DNA from: Roseibacillus sp.
GTDB lineage: Bacteria > Verrucomicrobiota > Verrucomicrobiia > Verrucomicrobiales > Akkermansiaceae
DNA: 64,000 bases
Direction: 5' to 3'
Assembly: GCA_965242925.1 (NCBI GenBank)
Contig: CBDEUM010000022.1
Coordinates: 32,001-96,000 of the forward strand
Each line of letters opens with the position of its first letter. Position 1 is the stretch's first letter. Shown one piece after another: positions 1 through 10,900 of the stretch. The translations under genes and the position numbers were made by a program. The notes below the pieces were generated by a model, which worked only from the letters and a program-made list of their open reading frames with translations, had not been told where the DNA came from and ran no database searches.

Positions 1-468
1 TTCCCACAGGAGTTCACCGACTTCGAGTTTTCCTGGGAGTGGCGCATGGCCCGGGGAGGCAACAACGGGGTGAAATACTTCGTGGACGAGAAGCGTGGCA
101 ACCTGGGCCATGAGTACCAGATGCTGGCCAGCCCCGGGGGGAAGGCCAGCAAGGGCGCCACCGCCGGATTCTACGCCGTGCTGGCCCCGCACGATCTCCC
201 GGCCATCAAGGCGGCTCCGGAAATCAACCACTCCCGCATTTCCGTCCAGGGTCGGAACGTTCGCCACTGGCTCAACGGCAAACTAGTCCTCGAGTATACC
301 TGCGGCAGCGAAAAGGTCCTCGCCAACGTCGCCCTGAGCAAGTTCAAGAACGTTCCCCATTTCGGCAAGAAACTGACCGCCCGTATCATGCTCACCGACC
401 ACGGCAGCGAGTGCGCCTTCCGGAACCTCAAGATCCGCGAATTGCCCGCCGGTGCCGCCCGAGAGTGA
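1..468 (+). CDS. DUF1080 / 3-keto-disaccharide hydrolase family protein, 5'-truncated by the window edge
   Basis: Frame is open from base 1 (FPQEFTDFEFSWEWRM...). Motifs NNGVKY, GHEYQML, VRHWLNG and IMLTDHGSECAFRNLKIREL are typical of DUF1080. Confidence 0.85.
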   Translation, partial: FPQEFTDFEFSWEWRMARGGNNGVKYFVDEKRGNLGHEYQMLASPGGKASKGATAGFYAVLAPHDLPAIKAAPEINHSRISVQGRNVRHWLNGKLVLEYTCGSEKVLANVALSKFKNVPHFGKKLTARIMLTDHGSECAFRNLKIRELPAGAARE

Positions 469-486
469 ATTCTCGGTCTCCTGCCG

Positions 487-512
487 CCCCGGCACTCCCC
501 GGCACTCCCCGG
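487..512. repeat. Short tandem repeat (CCCCGGCACT)x2 + CCCCGG
   Basis: Read directly in the intergenic sequence. Confidence 0.8.
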
Positions 513-815
513 ACCCTGATTTTCCTGTGGGCGGGAGACCCCAGCGGCCCCACCTGTCAAGCTCGCCACAATGGACGGCGAACTGGCTGAAAGGAATGCC
601 TTTAAGACTGCGACCCTGATTCTGGGTCGCCCTTTTCCTCCTGCAATCCGACACCGAAAAACAATTTCCTTAGGCATTGTGTATATCTTCGTCAAATAAC
701 GGCACGCGACCTTGACCAGCCACCTGTAATCTCCAAAGTTTCCACAATCGTGTGAGGGCCTGAATCCCAGCGGAATTCTTCGGCCTTTCCCCAACAAACC
801 ACCTCCCTCAAATAG

Positions 816-3800
816 ATGAAAACCCTGTGTTCCCGGATGCTGGCCCTGCCAGTGATCGCAGTGCTCGTATTGACCTGCCTGCCCCTTCACGCGCAACTGA
901 CCGCCACCGCCGGTGAAATCGCAGTTCGAAGCAACCAGAACGCCGCCAACCTGGCGACCAATCCGGGAGACGACATCGCGATTCAGTTCGACCGCGATGT
1001 CCTGGACGGCTCCGACTTCGCCGCCTCCGCAGACCATGTCCTCAGCCAGGGCAAATACCTCGTGCTCTACAGCACGCGGTGGGATCACAGCGGCGGTCAA
1101 CAACGCGCCGAGATCAGTACCCGCCTCACCCTCGAACCGGCGGGAGGAGGCGCCCCGGTCGATCTCAAATACGGCACCGCGCAGGGGTTCATCCGGACCT
1201 CCAGTGGCGCCAACGAGGCCGTGGTCTCGGGCGGCACCATCGTGGAAGCGGCCGCCACCGGCGACATCCTGCGTCTGCACGGCACTCGCACCGACGAGAA
1301 CGCCACCAGCGTGAAAAACCTCCGTGGGACCGGGCTCTCCTCCATCCAGTTCCTCAAGCTCGATGACAGCTGGGACTACCTCAGGGTCAGCCGCACCACC
1401 GATACCGCCGCGCCCACAAATGACACTTTCGCGAGTGTCAGTTACGAGCTTGAGGATGAGTCCTCCCTCGGCGCCATGAGCCTCAGCTCTGGCACCGACA
1501 TCACCTTCAACCAGGATGGCAGCTACCTCGTGATGGCCAACACCTCCCTTCTCAGCACCAACCTCGCCAGCACCGCCCGCACCGGCTACGGGCAGCGGCT
1601 GACGCTGGATGGTACGCTCGTTGCAGGATCCACCACCACCAGTTACGTGCGGGGTCACGTAAACGCTGACGGATGCCACGACGGCGTGCTGGCAATCGGA
1701 ACGATTGTGCAGGCCACCGCCGGCCAGGTCCTCAATGTGCAGACCCGCAAGGAGCAGGGCATCAACTGCACTATCACCAGTGCCGGTACCGGTCTGGCGA
1801 TCGTGCAACTTCCCTCCACCGGAAGTTACCTCAGCCTCAGCGACAATTCCGGCCAGAACCTCAATGCCGCCGCCCCCGGAGCATCCGTAAATTTCGACAC
1901 CACGGTCAACTCGACGGGCCTCGCTTTCAGCCACACATCCGGCACGAGCGCGGTGACCGTGAATAAGACCGGCACCTACCTCTTCCTCTCCGGCTTCTTC
2001 TGTCTCGAGGACACCGCCGACCGCCAGGTCCCCTGGCAGACTTGGAAGGTCAACGGGACCACCGCCTACGGCGGGTCGGCCCGCTACTCCCGGAACAACC
2101 AGATCGACCGGAACGGGAACTGGTCCGGCCTTCTGGCCTCGCTCACCGCCACAGACACGGTGGAGGTCAACTCCCAGGCCCTCGGCGCGGGCGGCAGCGT
2201 CCCGGGCAACGACCTCGGCCTGCAGGGTGTCCACATCGAGTCTCTCTTCCCCTCCGACGACCCGGCAATCACAGCCAACAGCCCGCTCAATGCGGTGGTA
2301 AACTCCCTGGGCAACGTGATCACTGACGACACGCATCTTCTCACCACCGACAACAACACCGGGGCCGACGGGCTCACCTACACGATCGACACCGCCATCA
2401 CGGGCGGGATCCTCAAACTCAGCGGCACCGCCCTCGCGGTGGGCGGCACCTTCACCCAGGCTGACGTCAATGGCGATCTGCTGACCTTTGACGCCGGAGC
2501 CGCAGCGGTAAACGGAGGATTCGACTTCACGGTCTCGGATGGCGGAGGTGGTCCCGCTTCGGGAACCTTCTCGATCAATGTAGGCATCGCCACTGTTCTG
2601 GTTGCCGATGCCGGAACCACCGATGAAGATACCGGCGCCACCGAAGCCGATCTCACCACCGGGGCCGACCTCCTGGCCAACGACACCGGAAGTTCCCTGG
2701 TCGTGACCAGCTTTGATTCCACCAGCACCAATGGCGCCGCCGTCACGGTGAGCCCGACCGGGACCTTCACTTACGATCCGACCGGATCCGCAAGCTTGCA
2801 GGTATCCGCAGTGGGGGAATCCCTCGCGGACACCTTCGATTACACCGTCACGGACGTCTTCGGGATCATGACCAGCGCGACCGTGACCATCACGGTGGAC
2901 GGCGTCAACGATGTCCCGGTGGTGGTGGCGGAATCTCACCGAACCTTGGGTGGAGCGATCACCAACAACCTCCTCGCCAACGATAGCGACGCCGATGTAT
3001 CCGACACGCTGACGGTATCCAATTTTGATGCGGCGGGCAACGGAGGGGCTGTTCCGGTCCCCGGTCCCCTGGTTTTCGCCAGTGCACAGGGTGCCACGGT
3101 CTCAATTTCCTCGAATGGGGCCTTCAGCTACGACCCCAGCACCTCGGCCGCCATCCTGGCCCTCGCCGACGGCGCGACCCTTAGCGAGACCTTCAGCTAC
3201 GACGTCTTCGATGGCACCTCTGCGGTTGCCACCACCGTCACGGTCACCTCGGTGGGGACCGTCGGTGCCTCAGGCGACCTTGCGGCGGTTGCGGCCAATG
3301 CCACCGTCAACTTCAATGCCCTGACCAACGACAGCCGCTACAGCGGAACAGTCGGTTCTCCCACCGCGGGGGCGGAACTGGAGTTTCTCGCCGATGGTGT
3401 TGGCAATTCCAGTGCCACGTGGCTGAACACGGGAACCGCAACCGTGGCCTCCATTCCCAACGGCGGAACCGCCTTGATTGACGCCACCCACAATCTCACC
3501 CCGTCGAATCCGCTTCCTGGAATGGCGGCCACCTACGATTTTGCCGGGACCGAAGGGATCGAGCACGACGGCTTCGATGCTGTCCCTTACGGTCAATCCG
3601 ATCTGGGCAATGCCTCCATCGAATTCCTCTTCCGCCCCTCGGACCAGGTTGGCGACGAGGTCCTCCTGGAAGTCGGCGGGAAGACGGACGGGGCGTCCAT
3701 CTGTCTGGTTGACAACCTGGTGGTGTGGTCCGCCTGCGACAATGGAACCCAATCCGCCCAGGCGGTGGCCATCCTTCCGCCCGGAGCAGTGGCAGGGGGA

Positions 3801-6800
3801 GAGTGGGTGCACATCGTCTGCAAAATTGATCTCGCCAGCGACAACGCGGAAATCTGGCTGAATGGCGTCCTGACCGACAGCAATGGGGCAGTGAATGTCA
3901 ACAATGGCGCAGCGGGCAATCTCGCAGACTGGTGCGGCACGGACGCGGGCGGCATCGGTCGCCGGCTGACTGATGTGGGCGGCGATCTTAATGGTCTTGG
4001 CAATTTTGGAACCACTGATCTTGGAGACCAGACCGACTATGCGGGTGAGGTCGCGCTTCTGCGCACCTACGAGTCTCTCCTCACCTCGGCCCAGGTGATG
4101 GCCAACTTCCAGGCTCTGGTGGGCGCCACGGTGGGAGCGCCGGGGGCAGGAGATGTCACTGATCTCAACGGCACAGCATCCCCAGTCCCGGGAACCACCG
4201 TTGTAGTGCTCCCGTCCGGCGCGACGGTGGCCTTCGAACTCGACGGCTCCTTCACCTACGACCCCAACGGAGCCTTCGACGACTTGGGGGTGGGGCTGAC
4301 TGCGCAGGAGAGTTTCACCTACACCATCGACAATCACCACAATGCCTCCACCACCGTCGTAATCACCATCGACGGCACCAACACTGACGCCCAGCTCAAC
4401 CTCGCCGCCGACCAGGCCAGTGTGACCGAGGGCAACGACGCCTCCTTCACCATCACCTCGAGCCTGGCCCTCCCCTCCGATGTCGAGGCCAGCCTGAGCT
4501 ACAGTGGAACGGCCCAGGATGGTAGTGACTTCAACGGGAACGCGACAGTCACCCTCTCCAGTGGCGGCACGGAATTCGACCTGACCCTCTCCGCGATTGC
4601 CGATTCCCTCTACGAGGGCTCGGAAACCCTCACCGTGACCATCGACAGCGTGACCGGCTCCGCGGTCTTGGGCGCCAACCCGGCGGCCTCCACCACCATT
4701 GCCGATTCCGACAGTCCCCCCGTCCTTTCCATCGGCACCCCGGCTGGAAACACCACCGAAGGCAGCAGGGTGGACTTCACCGTGACTGCCAGCGTGGCCT
4801 CCAGCGTGGCGGTCACCGTCGACGTGGCCTACTCCGGCGCAGCCGGTCCCGAGGACTTCTGTGAGCAGGAGCAGATCACCATCCCGGCCGGACAGACCGC
4901 CGCCACCGCAAGCCTGTTGGTGCTCGACGACGCCGTGGCCGAGGGGAATGAGACCCTCACCGCCACCATCAGCAACCCGTCGCTCGGGTCGTTGGCTACA
5001 ACGGAAACTGATGGCCTGATTGCCTATTATGACTTCAACTCGGACACCGCCGCTGACACCTCGAGTGCGCTCGGCGGCAGCACCTCGGCCAACGATGGCT
5101 CGTGGACCGGAACCGCCGTCTACAAGGACGGCGCCTTCGGCCGCGCGGTGGAGGTCGGTGATGGTGCCGGATCCAACTTTATCACCGCCAGCGGGGCAGA
5201 ATATGAGTTCGGGACGGCCACCAGTTTCACCGTGGTCTACTGGCTCAATACCGAGGATGCCATCCCCGGGGACCCATCAGTCATTGCCGGCGGCGGCAAG
5301 AACTGGTCGGCAAGCGGCGGTTCGCTCGGTTGGGTCTCGGCGATTGCCGGTGATGACCTCGACGCCAACATCGGCGACGGTTCAAACCGCGGCGACGCGG
5401 CGGTGATCGACATCGACCATGACACCTACTGGACCAACCGGGGAGAGCCGGGGGATCACTGGAACTTTGTGGCCATGGTCATCGACCGCGACGCGCAGAC
5501 CCTCACCAACTACGCGGCTGATGAATGGGTCACCGTGTCCGGCACCTCCTGGGCATCGGGAGTCACGGGCCAGGACTTTGGACAGGATTCCTCCTCCCCG
5601 ACCACTGATTCAGATATCTCCAATGTGGGTGATCTCACCGCAGGCAACCTCGACATCGTCATGGGACAGGACGGCGACGGGGCCGGCTACAGCCTGCCCG
5701 CCTCCGGCCTTGATGATGTCTCGATCTGGAACCGCGCTCTCACCCGGGCTGAGCTGTGGGAGATTTACGCCGAGGGCCGCTCCAATGCCACCTCACTCGG
5801 TGCAATCGTCGCGGCCAGGACCCCCCCCAATACCGCCACCGCCACCATCGCCGATGGCGCCGGCCAGGTGGTCTTCAACGCCTCCTTCGAAGGAATTGAT
5901 CCGGCCGCTACGCCGGGCGGCACCCTCCTCAACGGGGACGCCCCCTTCGCCGCCAATCTGGGGACCTCGGTCGGCAACTGGGCCAACGTCTTTACCGCTG
6001 ACGCAGCCGGCAACGACCCGGGCGTCATCGCCGAGACCGGAGCCGACGCGAAGGGAGACGGCGTCGACAATGCCCTGCGCCTCGATCGTCCGGCGGCAAC
6101 GCAGGATGTCTGCGCCCAGTTCGACGGAGCCATCGATATCAGTGGATCCAACACCGGGATGATTTCCTTCGATCTCGCCACCCGGCGGACGCAGGGCAAC
6201 TCTGCCGCCAAGAGCACCACCATCATCGGTCTCGATGAGGCCGGGAACAAGTCCTTCGAACTCTTCCTTGATGCCAACAACAACGGGACGACCCACGAGC
6301 AACTCTTCCACGTGGACAGCAGCGGCACGAAGACTGCCCTCGGAAACGTGCAAGACTTCGACAACAGTGGCGGTTGGAACGAGGACCGCATGTCGAACGT
6401 CCGGATCGGACTCACCAGCACGGGCTACTGCGTCCAGATCGAGAAGTTCCCGCTCGGCACCACCCCTGCCCCGGACACCACCACCGGTGGACTCTCCTAC
6501 GCCGGCAATGCCACTACCATCACACAGGTGGTCTTCCGGGTCTCGGGCAGCGCCGACACCGGTATCAGCGGCGGGATCTACCTCGACGATGTCAGGGCCG
6601 CAGGCAGTGCTCTCACCACCCAGGAGGCCTGGCGCCTCGCCTTCTTCGGCAGCGGAGACAACTCCGGTGACGGGGCCGACGGCAATGACGCCAATGGCAA
6701 CGGACTCTCCAACCTGCTCGACTTCGCCTACGGATTCAACCCGGACGGGCCCAACAGCTCCGCCGATTCCCTCGAAGTGAGCAACCCCGGACCCAACGGA

Positions 6801-7094
6801 GAAATCACCCAGCACGGAGGACTCACCTTCTGGGCTGATCCGGCCACCGGGGAAGTGTTCATGCGCTACGCCCGCCGCACCGATTACGCGGCGGTGGGGC
6901 TTGCCTTCACGGACCAGTTCAGTCGTGACCTGGACACCTTCGAGAACGCCGCCGAATCGCCGGAGGTGATCGCCACCGGGACCGGAGATGACGGCACCAG
7001 GATCGAAGCGGTCCAACTCAAACTGCCCCTTGTCCTGCCGGACAGCGGAGGCAAGGCCCGCTTCGGACGAAACCAGGTCCAGATCAACCCATAA
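816..7094 (+). CDS. Giant secreted adhesin-like protein A (2092 aa): signal peptide, 3 tandem C1q/BclA-like domains, cadherin/VCBS-type repeats, LamG-like domains, Calx-beta repeats, C-terminal sorting-like domain
   Basis: N-terminal hydrophobic signal (…LPLHA|Q). VCBS-like GTFTYDP…DTFDYTV repeats, Calx-beta DSLYEGSETLTVTI, LamG LIAYYDF…LDDVSIWNRALT, C-terminal DANGNGLSNLLDFAYG. Confidence 0.9.
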   Translation: MKTLCSRMLALPVIAVLVLTCLPLHAQLTATAGEIAVRSNQNAANLATNPGDDIAIQFDRDVLDGSDFAASADHVLSQGKYLVLYSTRWDHSGGQQRAEISTRLTLEPAGGGAPVDLKYGTAQGFIRTSSGANEAVVSGGTIVEAAATGDILRLHGTRTDENATSVKNLRGTGLSSIQFLKLDDSWDYLRVSRTTDTAAPTNDTFASVSYELEDESSLGAMSLSSGTDITFNQDGSYLVMANTSLLSTNLASTARTGYGQRLTLDGTLVAGSTTTSYVRGHVNADGCHDGVLAIGTIVQATAGQVLNVQTRKEQGINCTITSAGTGLAIVQLPSTGSYLSLSDNSGQNLNAAAPGASVNFDTTVNSTGLAFSHTSGTSAVTVNKTGTYLFLSGFFCLEDTADRQVPWQTWKVNGTTAYGGSARYSRNNQIDRNGNWSGLLASLTATDTVEVNSQALGAGGSVPGNDLGLQGVHIESLFPSDDPAITANSPLNAVVNSLGNVITDDTHLLTTDNNTGADGLTYTIDTAITGGILKLSGTALAVGGTFTQADVNGDLLTFDAGAAAVNGGFDFTVSDGGGGPASGTFSINVGIATVLVADAGTTDEDTGATEADLTTGADLLANDTGSSLVVTSFDSTSTNGAAVTVSPTGTFTYDPTGSASLQVSAVGESLADTFDYTVTDVFGIMTSATVTITVDGVNDVPVVVAESHRTLGGAITNNLLANDSDADVSDTLTVSNFDAAGNGGAVPVPGPLVFASAQGATVSISSNGAFSYDPSTSAAILALADGATLSETFSYDVFDGTSAVATTVTVTSVGTVGASGDLAAVAANATVNFNALTNDSRYSGTVGSPTAGAELEFLADGVGNSSATWLNTGTATVASIPNGGTALIDATHNLTPSNPLPGMAATYDFAGTEGIEHDGFDAVPYGQSDLGNASIEFLFRPSDQVGDEVLLEVGGKTDGASICLVDNLVVWSACDNGTQSAQAVAILPPGAVAGGEWVHIVCKIDLASDNAEIWLNGVLTDSNGAVNVNNGAAGNLADWCGTDAGGIGRRLTDVGGDLNGLGNFGTTDLGDQTDYAGEVALLRTYESLLTSAQVMANFQALVGATVGAPGAGDVTDLNGTASPVPGTTVVVLPSGATVAFELDGSFTYDPNGAFDDLGVGLTAQESFTYTIDNHHNASTTVVITIDGTNTDAQLNLAADQASVTEGNDASFTITSSLALPSDVEASLSYSGTAQDGSDFNGNATVTLSSGGTEFDLTLSAIADSLYEGSETLTVTIDSVTGSAVLGANPAASTTIADSDSPPVLSIGTPAGNTTEGSRVDFTVTASVASSVAVTVDVAYSGAAGPEDFCEQEQITIPAGQTAATASLLVLDDAVAEGNETLTATISNPSLGSLATTETDGLIAYYDFNSDTAADTSSALGGSTSANDGSWTGTAVYKDGAFGRAVEVGDGAGSNFITASGAEYEFGTATSFTVVYWLNTEDAIPGDPSVIAGGGKNWSASGGSLGWVSAIAGDDLDANIGDGSNRGDAAVIDIDHDTYWTNRGEPGDHWNFVAMVIDRDAQTLTNYAADEWVTVSGTSWASGVTGQDFGQDSSSPTTDSDISNVGDLTAGNLDIVMGQDGDGAGYSLPASGLDDVSIWNRALTRAELWEIYAEGRSNATSLGAIVAARTPPNTATATIADGAGQVVFNASFEGIDPAATPGGTLLNGDAPFAANLGTSVGNWANVFTADAAGNDPGVIAETGADAKGDGVDNALRLDRPAATQDVCAQFDGAIDISGSNTGMISFDLATRRTQGNSAAKSTTIIGLDEAGNKSFELFLDANNNGTTHEQLFHVDSSGTKTALGNVQDFDNSGGWNEDRMSNVRIGLTSTGYCVQIEKFPLGTTPAPDTTTGGLSYAGNATTITQVVFRVSGSADTGISGGIYLDDVRAAGSALTTQEAWRLAFFGSGDNSGDGADGNDANGNGLSNLLDFAYGFNPDGPNSSADSLEVSNPGPNGEITQHGGLTFWADPATGEVFMRYARRTDYAAVGLAFTDQFSRDLDTFENAAESPEVIATGTGDDGTRIEAVQLKLPLVLPDSGGKARFGRNQVQINP
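925..2256 (+). repeat. Left arm of a ~1.33 kb inverted repeat (partner 18069-19397)
   Basis: Aligns by eye with the reverse complement of 18069-19397. 1202-1302 is identical to rc(19020-19120), and 1921-2256 differs at only a few positions. Confidence 0.95.
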
Positions 7095-7131
7095 GTCCCC
7101 TTTCACAGGAACCCTGCAAACCCAGATTCTC

Positions 7132-7749
7132 ATGAGAAACACACTGTCCGCCATTTTCCTGCTTGGAGTTGCCACCACGGCACCGGGAGCCATCCTCTGG
7201 TTCCCGCACCAGAACATCTCCATCCCCACCACCTTCGAAGGCATCGCGGTGGATCTTGAAACCGGGACCACCTCAAGCGCCGCCGCAGGACTTCCCGGAG
7301 GCGATGCCAACTTCCTCCTCGGAGGCGGAGCGATCACCAACGACGCCGATCAGGCGGCCGCCAGTGCGAGCTGGCAACCGGTCCGCACCGGCACGAGCAA
7401 TATTGATTCCCTGCAGCAGCTTGGCATCGGCGACACGGTGGACGCCAGCAGCACCACTTCCACGGGCTTCGGTGCATCGGGAATACCCACCTCCCATTTC
7501 CCGGAGTTCACCCCGGGAACACCCGGTTATGTAGGCTTCTCCCTGATCCTCAACGACAATAGCACGGCCTACGGGTGGATGCGAGTGACCCTGCAGAACA
7601 ACAATCAGGCCGGTGGCCTCATTCATGAATGGGCCATTCAGGATGATGGGGGCGCCATCGTGGTAGGTGTTCCTGAACCCGGTTCCCTTCTCCTCGCCTT
7701 CCTGGGACTCGGCAGCCTTTTCCTCCGTCGCAAACGGCAGACCGGGTGA
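7132..7749 (+). CDS. PEP-CTERM exosortase-target protein (205 aa)
   Basis: ATG at 7132 gives signal peptide MRNTLSAIFLLGVATTAPG. C-terminus VPEPGSLLLAFLGLGSLFLRRKR. Confidence 0.92.
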   Translation: MRNTLSAIFLLGVATTAPGAILWFPHQNISIPTTFEGIAVDLETGTTSSAAAGLPGGDANFLLGGGAITNDADQAAASASWQPVRTGTSNIDSLQQLGIGDTVDASSTTSTGFGASGIPTSHFPEFTPGTPGYVGFSLILNDNSTAYGWMRVTLQNNNQAGGLIHEWAIQDDGGAIVVGVPEPGSLLLAFLGLGSLFLRRKRQTG

Positions 7750-7995
7750 TCCGGCTGCAAGCAGGGAAAAGGCGAACCGATTCCCCGGGTAGTGCTGAAA
7801 ACCGGGCTCGCCAATCTGCGACCCTTCCCGGAACGGGAGCAACTGGATGGGATCTTCCCCATTCAGGCAACCCATATCAATTTGGAGAAACCAGGCGTAG
7901 CAACGCTCCCCCCTCTCGCCATCTTAGGGGTTGACCATCCCCCAACCGATGGGACCATCACTATCCGGGAGTGATCTCTCCAGGAAAAGCTCTTC

Positions 7996-10900
7996 ATGAC
8001 CCCCCTTTCCATGGCCCACCCCCTGGCCAAGGCAGAGAGCCCGCCCCTGCGCGGCCTCGTGGTTGCCTGTGTTTTCCTTCTCCTCGGCGCCTTTCCCACC
8101 CCTGCCGATCTGGTTGCCCATTATGCCCTTGATGATCCTCCCGCAGGCGACGACACCGTCATCGACTCCCTGGGCAGGAATAATGGGGTCCTCATCAACC
8201 CCGCCAGCGTCACCCGGGGGGTGGCCGCCCACGACCCGGCCTTCGGAACCGCCTGCGACTTCGCCCTGCGGGGCGGGATAAACCTCGGAACCCGGACCGA
8301 GGTCCGGCCCGTCGATCAATTCACGATGACCTGGTGGATGCGTCCCACCACCCTCAATGCCTTTGACCGCATCTACGAAACGATGACCGGGACCTCGAAC
8401 GGTGCTAATGGCATCCGCATCGACCTGGGTGCCAATCCCGGCGACAGCGTGCGCGTCCTTCTGCGGGACGGGAACGGGGCCACCAGTACCCAGCACACTC
8501 ACTCCCTCACCCTGCGCACTGATGGAACGTGGTACTTCGTGGCGGTCCGCTACGACTCTACCACGGGGGACGGATCTGCCCTGAAACTGACCGTCCTGGA
8601 AGATGGCGGACCCGTCTCCCCCGCCGCCATCACCGCCGCCACCAGGTCTCCAGCCTCCCTCGGCACCGGACCGATCGACCTTCACTCCAACGGCGCCTTC
8701 CTCGCGGCCGATGATGCCGCCGCATCGGGTTCCAACGATTTTGGCGGAGCCCTCGACGACTTCGCCATCTTCCAGACCGGCGATCACTTCGGAATCCTCT
8801 CGGATGAGGATCTGGCCACCGTCTGCAACCAGGGCGCCCTGGCCCTTGACCCCCCGGCACCCCTGCCTCTCATCAACAGTTTCACGACCAGTGCTTCATC
8901 CGTCACCCCGGGCTCGCCGGTCACCCTTTCCTGGGATGCAAGCAACGCGGAAACACTCTCGATCGCACCCGGAATCGGACCGGTCGACAGTCAGACGGCG
9001 GACGGCAGAGGCTCCCTTGAACTCACCCCGGAAAAAACCACCTTCTACACCCTGACCGCCACCAATGGTGAGGGCACTGCCAGCGCCGGTGTTCAGGTCG
9101 TCGTGGGCGGACAACTGCTGCCCCCGGTCATCAGTGAGTTTGTGGCGCTCAACCGGGCGAGTCTACTCGATGGCGACGGGAACAACCCCGACTGGATAGA
9201 GATCCACAATCCCAACCTCGTCCCCCTCGATCTCGAGGGCTATTTCCTGACCGACGATGCTTCCGAACTCACCCGTTGGCCCTTTCCAGCTGCTACTCTC
9301 GTGCCCGGCGGCGGCTACCTCGTGGTCTTCGCCTCACAACAGGACCGCAATGACTACGTCGATGCAGGCGGCAACCTGCACACCAACTTCGCACTTCGCT
9401 CGGCTGGAGACTACCTTGCCCTGGTGGCTCCCGATGGAGCAACCGTGGTGAGCGGGTTTTCCCCCGACTATCCGGAGCAGAAGGAAGATGTGGCCTACGG
9501 CCTCAACGGTTTCTTCCTCGCTCCCACCCCGGGAGCGCCCAACGACGGCGGAGGCGTAATCGGCTTCGTGGAGGACACCACCTTCAGCATGGACCGGGGA
9601 TTCTACGAGACCGCGATTTCGGTAGCGATCACGACCGCCACCCCGGATGCCGGGATCTACTACACCACCGACGGAACCGAGCCCTCCCCTGCCAACGGCA
9701 CCCTCTACCACACCCCGTTGACCATCGAGACCACCACCACCCTCCGGGCGGCCGCCTTCAAGGAAGGACTCGCCCCCACCAACATCGACACCCAGACCTA
9801 TCTCTTTCTTGAGGATGTCGTCCGGCAACCCGCCGTCATCCGCGGCTATCCCCGCACCTGGGCCGGTGAACCCGCCCACTACCACATGGATCCCGAGGTG
9901 GTGAACCATCCTCTCGACGGCCCTCAGATGCTGGAAGCCCTCAAGGCCTTCCCCACCCTCTCCATTGCGATCGACCCTGACGAAATGTTCGGAACCTCGG
10001 GGATCTACCAGAACCCGCAGAGTCAGGGAGACCCCTGGGAGCGGTCGGTCTCAGCCGAGTTCATCAGCCCGGATGGCTCCGAACCGGGCTTCCAGATCAA
10101 TGCCGGCATGCGGGTCCAGGGCGGGAGCAGCCGCAATCCGGACATCCCCAAGCATAGCCTGAGCCTGCGCTTCCGCCGGGACTACGGATCCGGAAAACTG
10201 AACTATCCTCTCTTCAAGGATGCTCCCTTCGGCGAGTCGGCGGTCGAGGAATTTGATTTTCTCCAACTACGGGCGGGATTCAATTTCGCCTGGACGCACC
10301 GGCACTACTACCAGGCCCGCCACGCTCAGTACAACCGGGACCAGTGGGTGAACGATCTCTACCTCGCCATGGGGCAACCCGGCACGCACGGGCGATGGGT
10401 TCACCTCTACCTTAACGGACTTTACTGGGGGCTCTACCATGTGCACGAACGCCCGGACGGAAACTTCATGGCTTCCTACTTCGGCGGAGAGAGCGAAGAC
10501 TACGATGCTCTCAGCTCCGGCCAGGCCCGCAGTGGCGATACGGCGGCCTGGAACACCATGATCGCGATTGCCAACGGTAATATTGCCGATCCAGCCCGTT
10601 ACCGCCGCGATCCAGGACTACCTCGACGTGGACTCCCTCATTGACTACATGCTCCTCAACTTTTTCGTGGGAAACACCGACTGGGACGGACACAACTGGC
10701 GGGCGGCCCGGAAGCGCAGGAGAGGCGCCGGCTACCTCATGCTACCCTGGGATTCGGAATTCGCCATTTCGCCGAATGGAGCCGGTGTCATCAACAATCC
10801 GCAGCCTCTTTCCAACGCCCTTAACACCAACGTGACCGGCCGCAACGGAACGGGGCGCCCCAGCGGTCTGCACCAGGATCTCGTTGCCAATCCCGAATAT

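Noticed and set aside
487..512. Tandem 10-mer as a CRISPR or iteron array
   Set aside because: Only 2.6 copies, no spacers, and no cas or rep gene.
699..716. Possible sigma54 promoter (CGGCACG…CTTGA) upstream of adhesin A
   Set aside because: Lacks the invariant GC at -12 (reads GG-N10-TG).
171..2939. 922-aa minus-strand ORF, and similar long antisense ORFs (5793-7340, 18091-19503, 19867-21276, 31223-33151, 33681-35084, 42098-43333)
   Set aside because: Shadow frames of GC-rich genes on the opposite strand, with no recognisable motifs. The similarity between 171-2939 and 18091-19503 only reflects the inverted repeat.
7771..7812. GGCGAACC…GAAA…GGGCTCGCC, loosely like a c-di-GMP-I riboswitch
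   Set aside because: The conserved GCAAA/P3 elements and the spacing do not fit. It is probably just a GC-rich hairpin after the PEP-CTERM gene.
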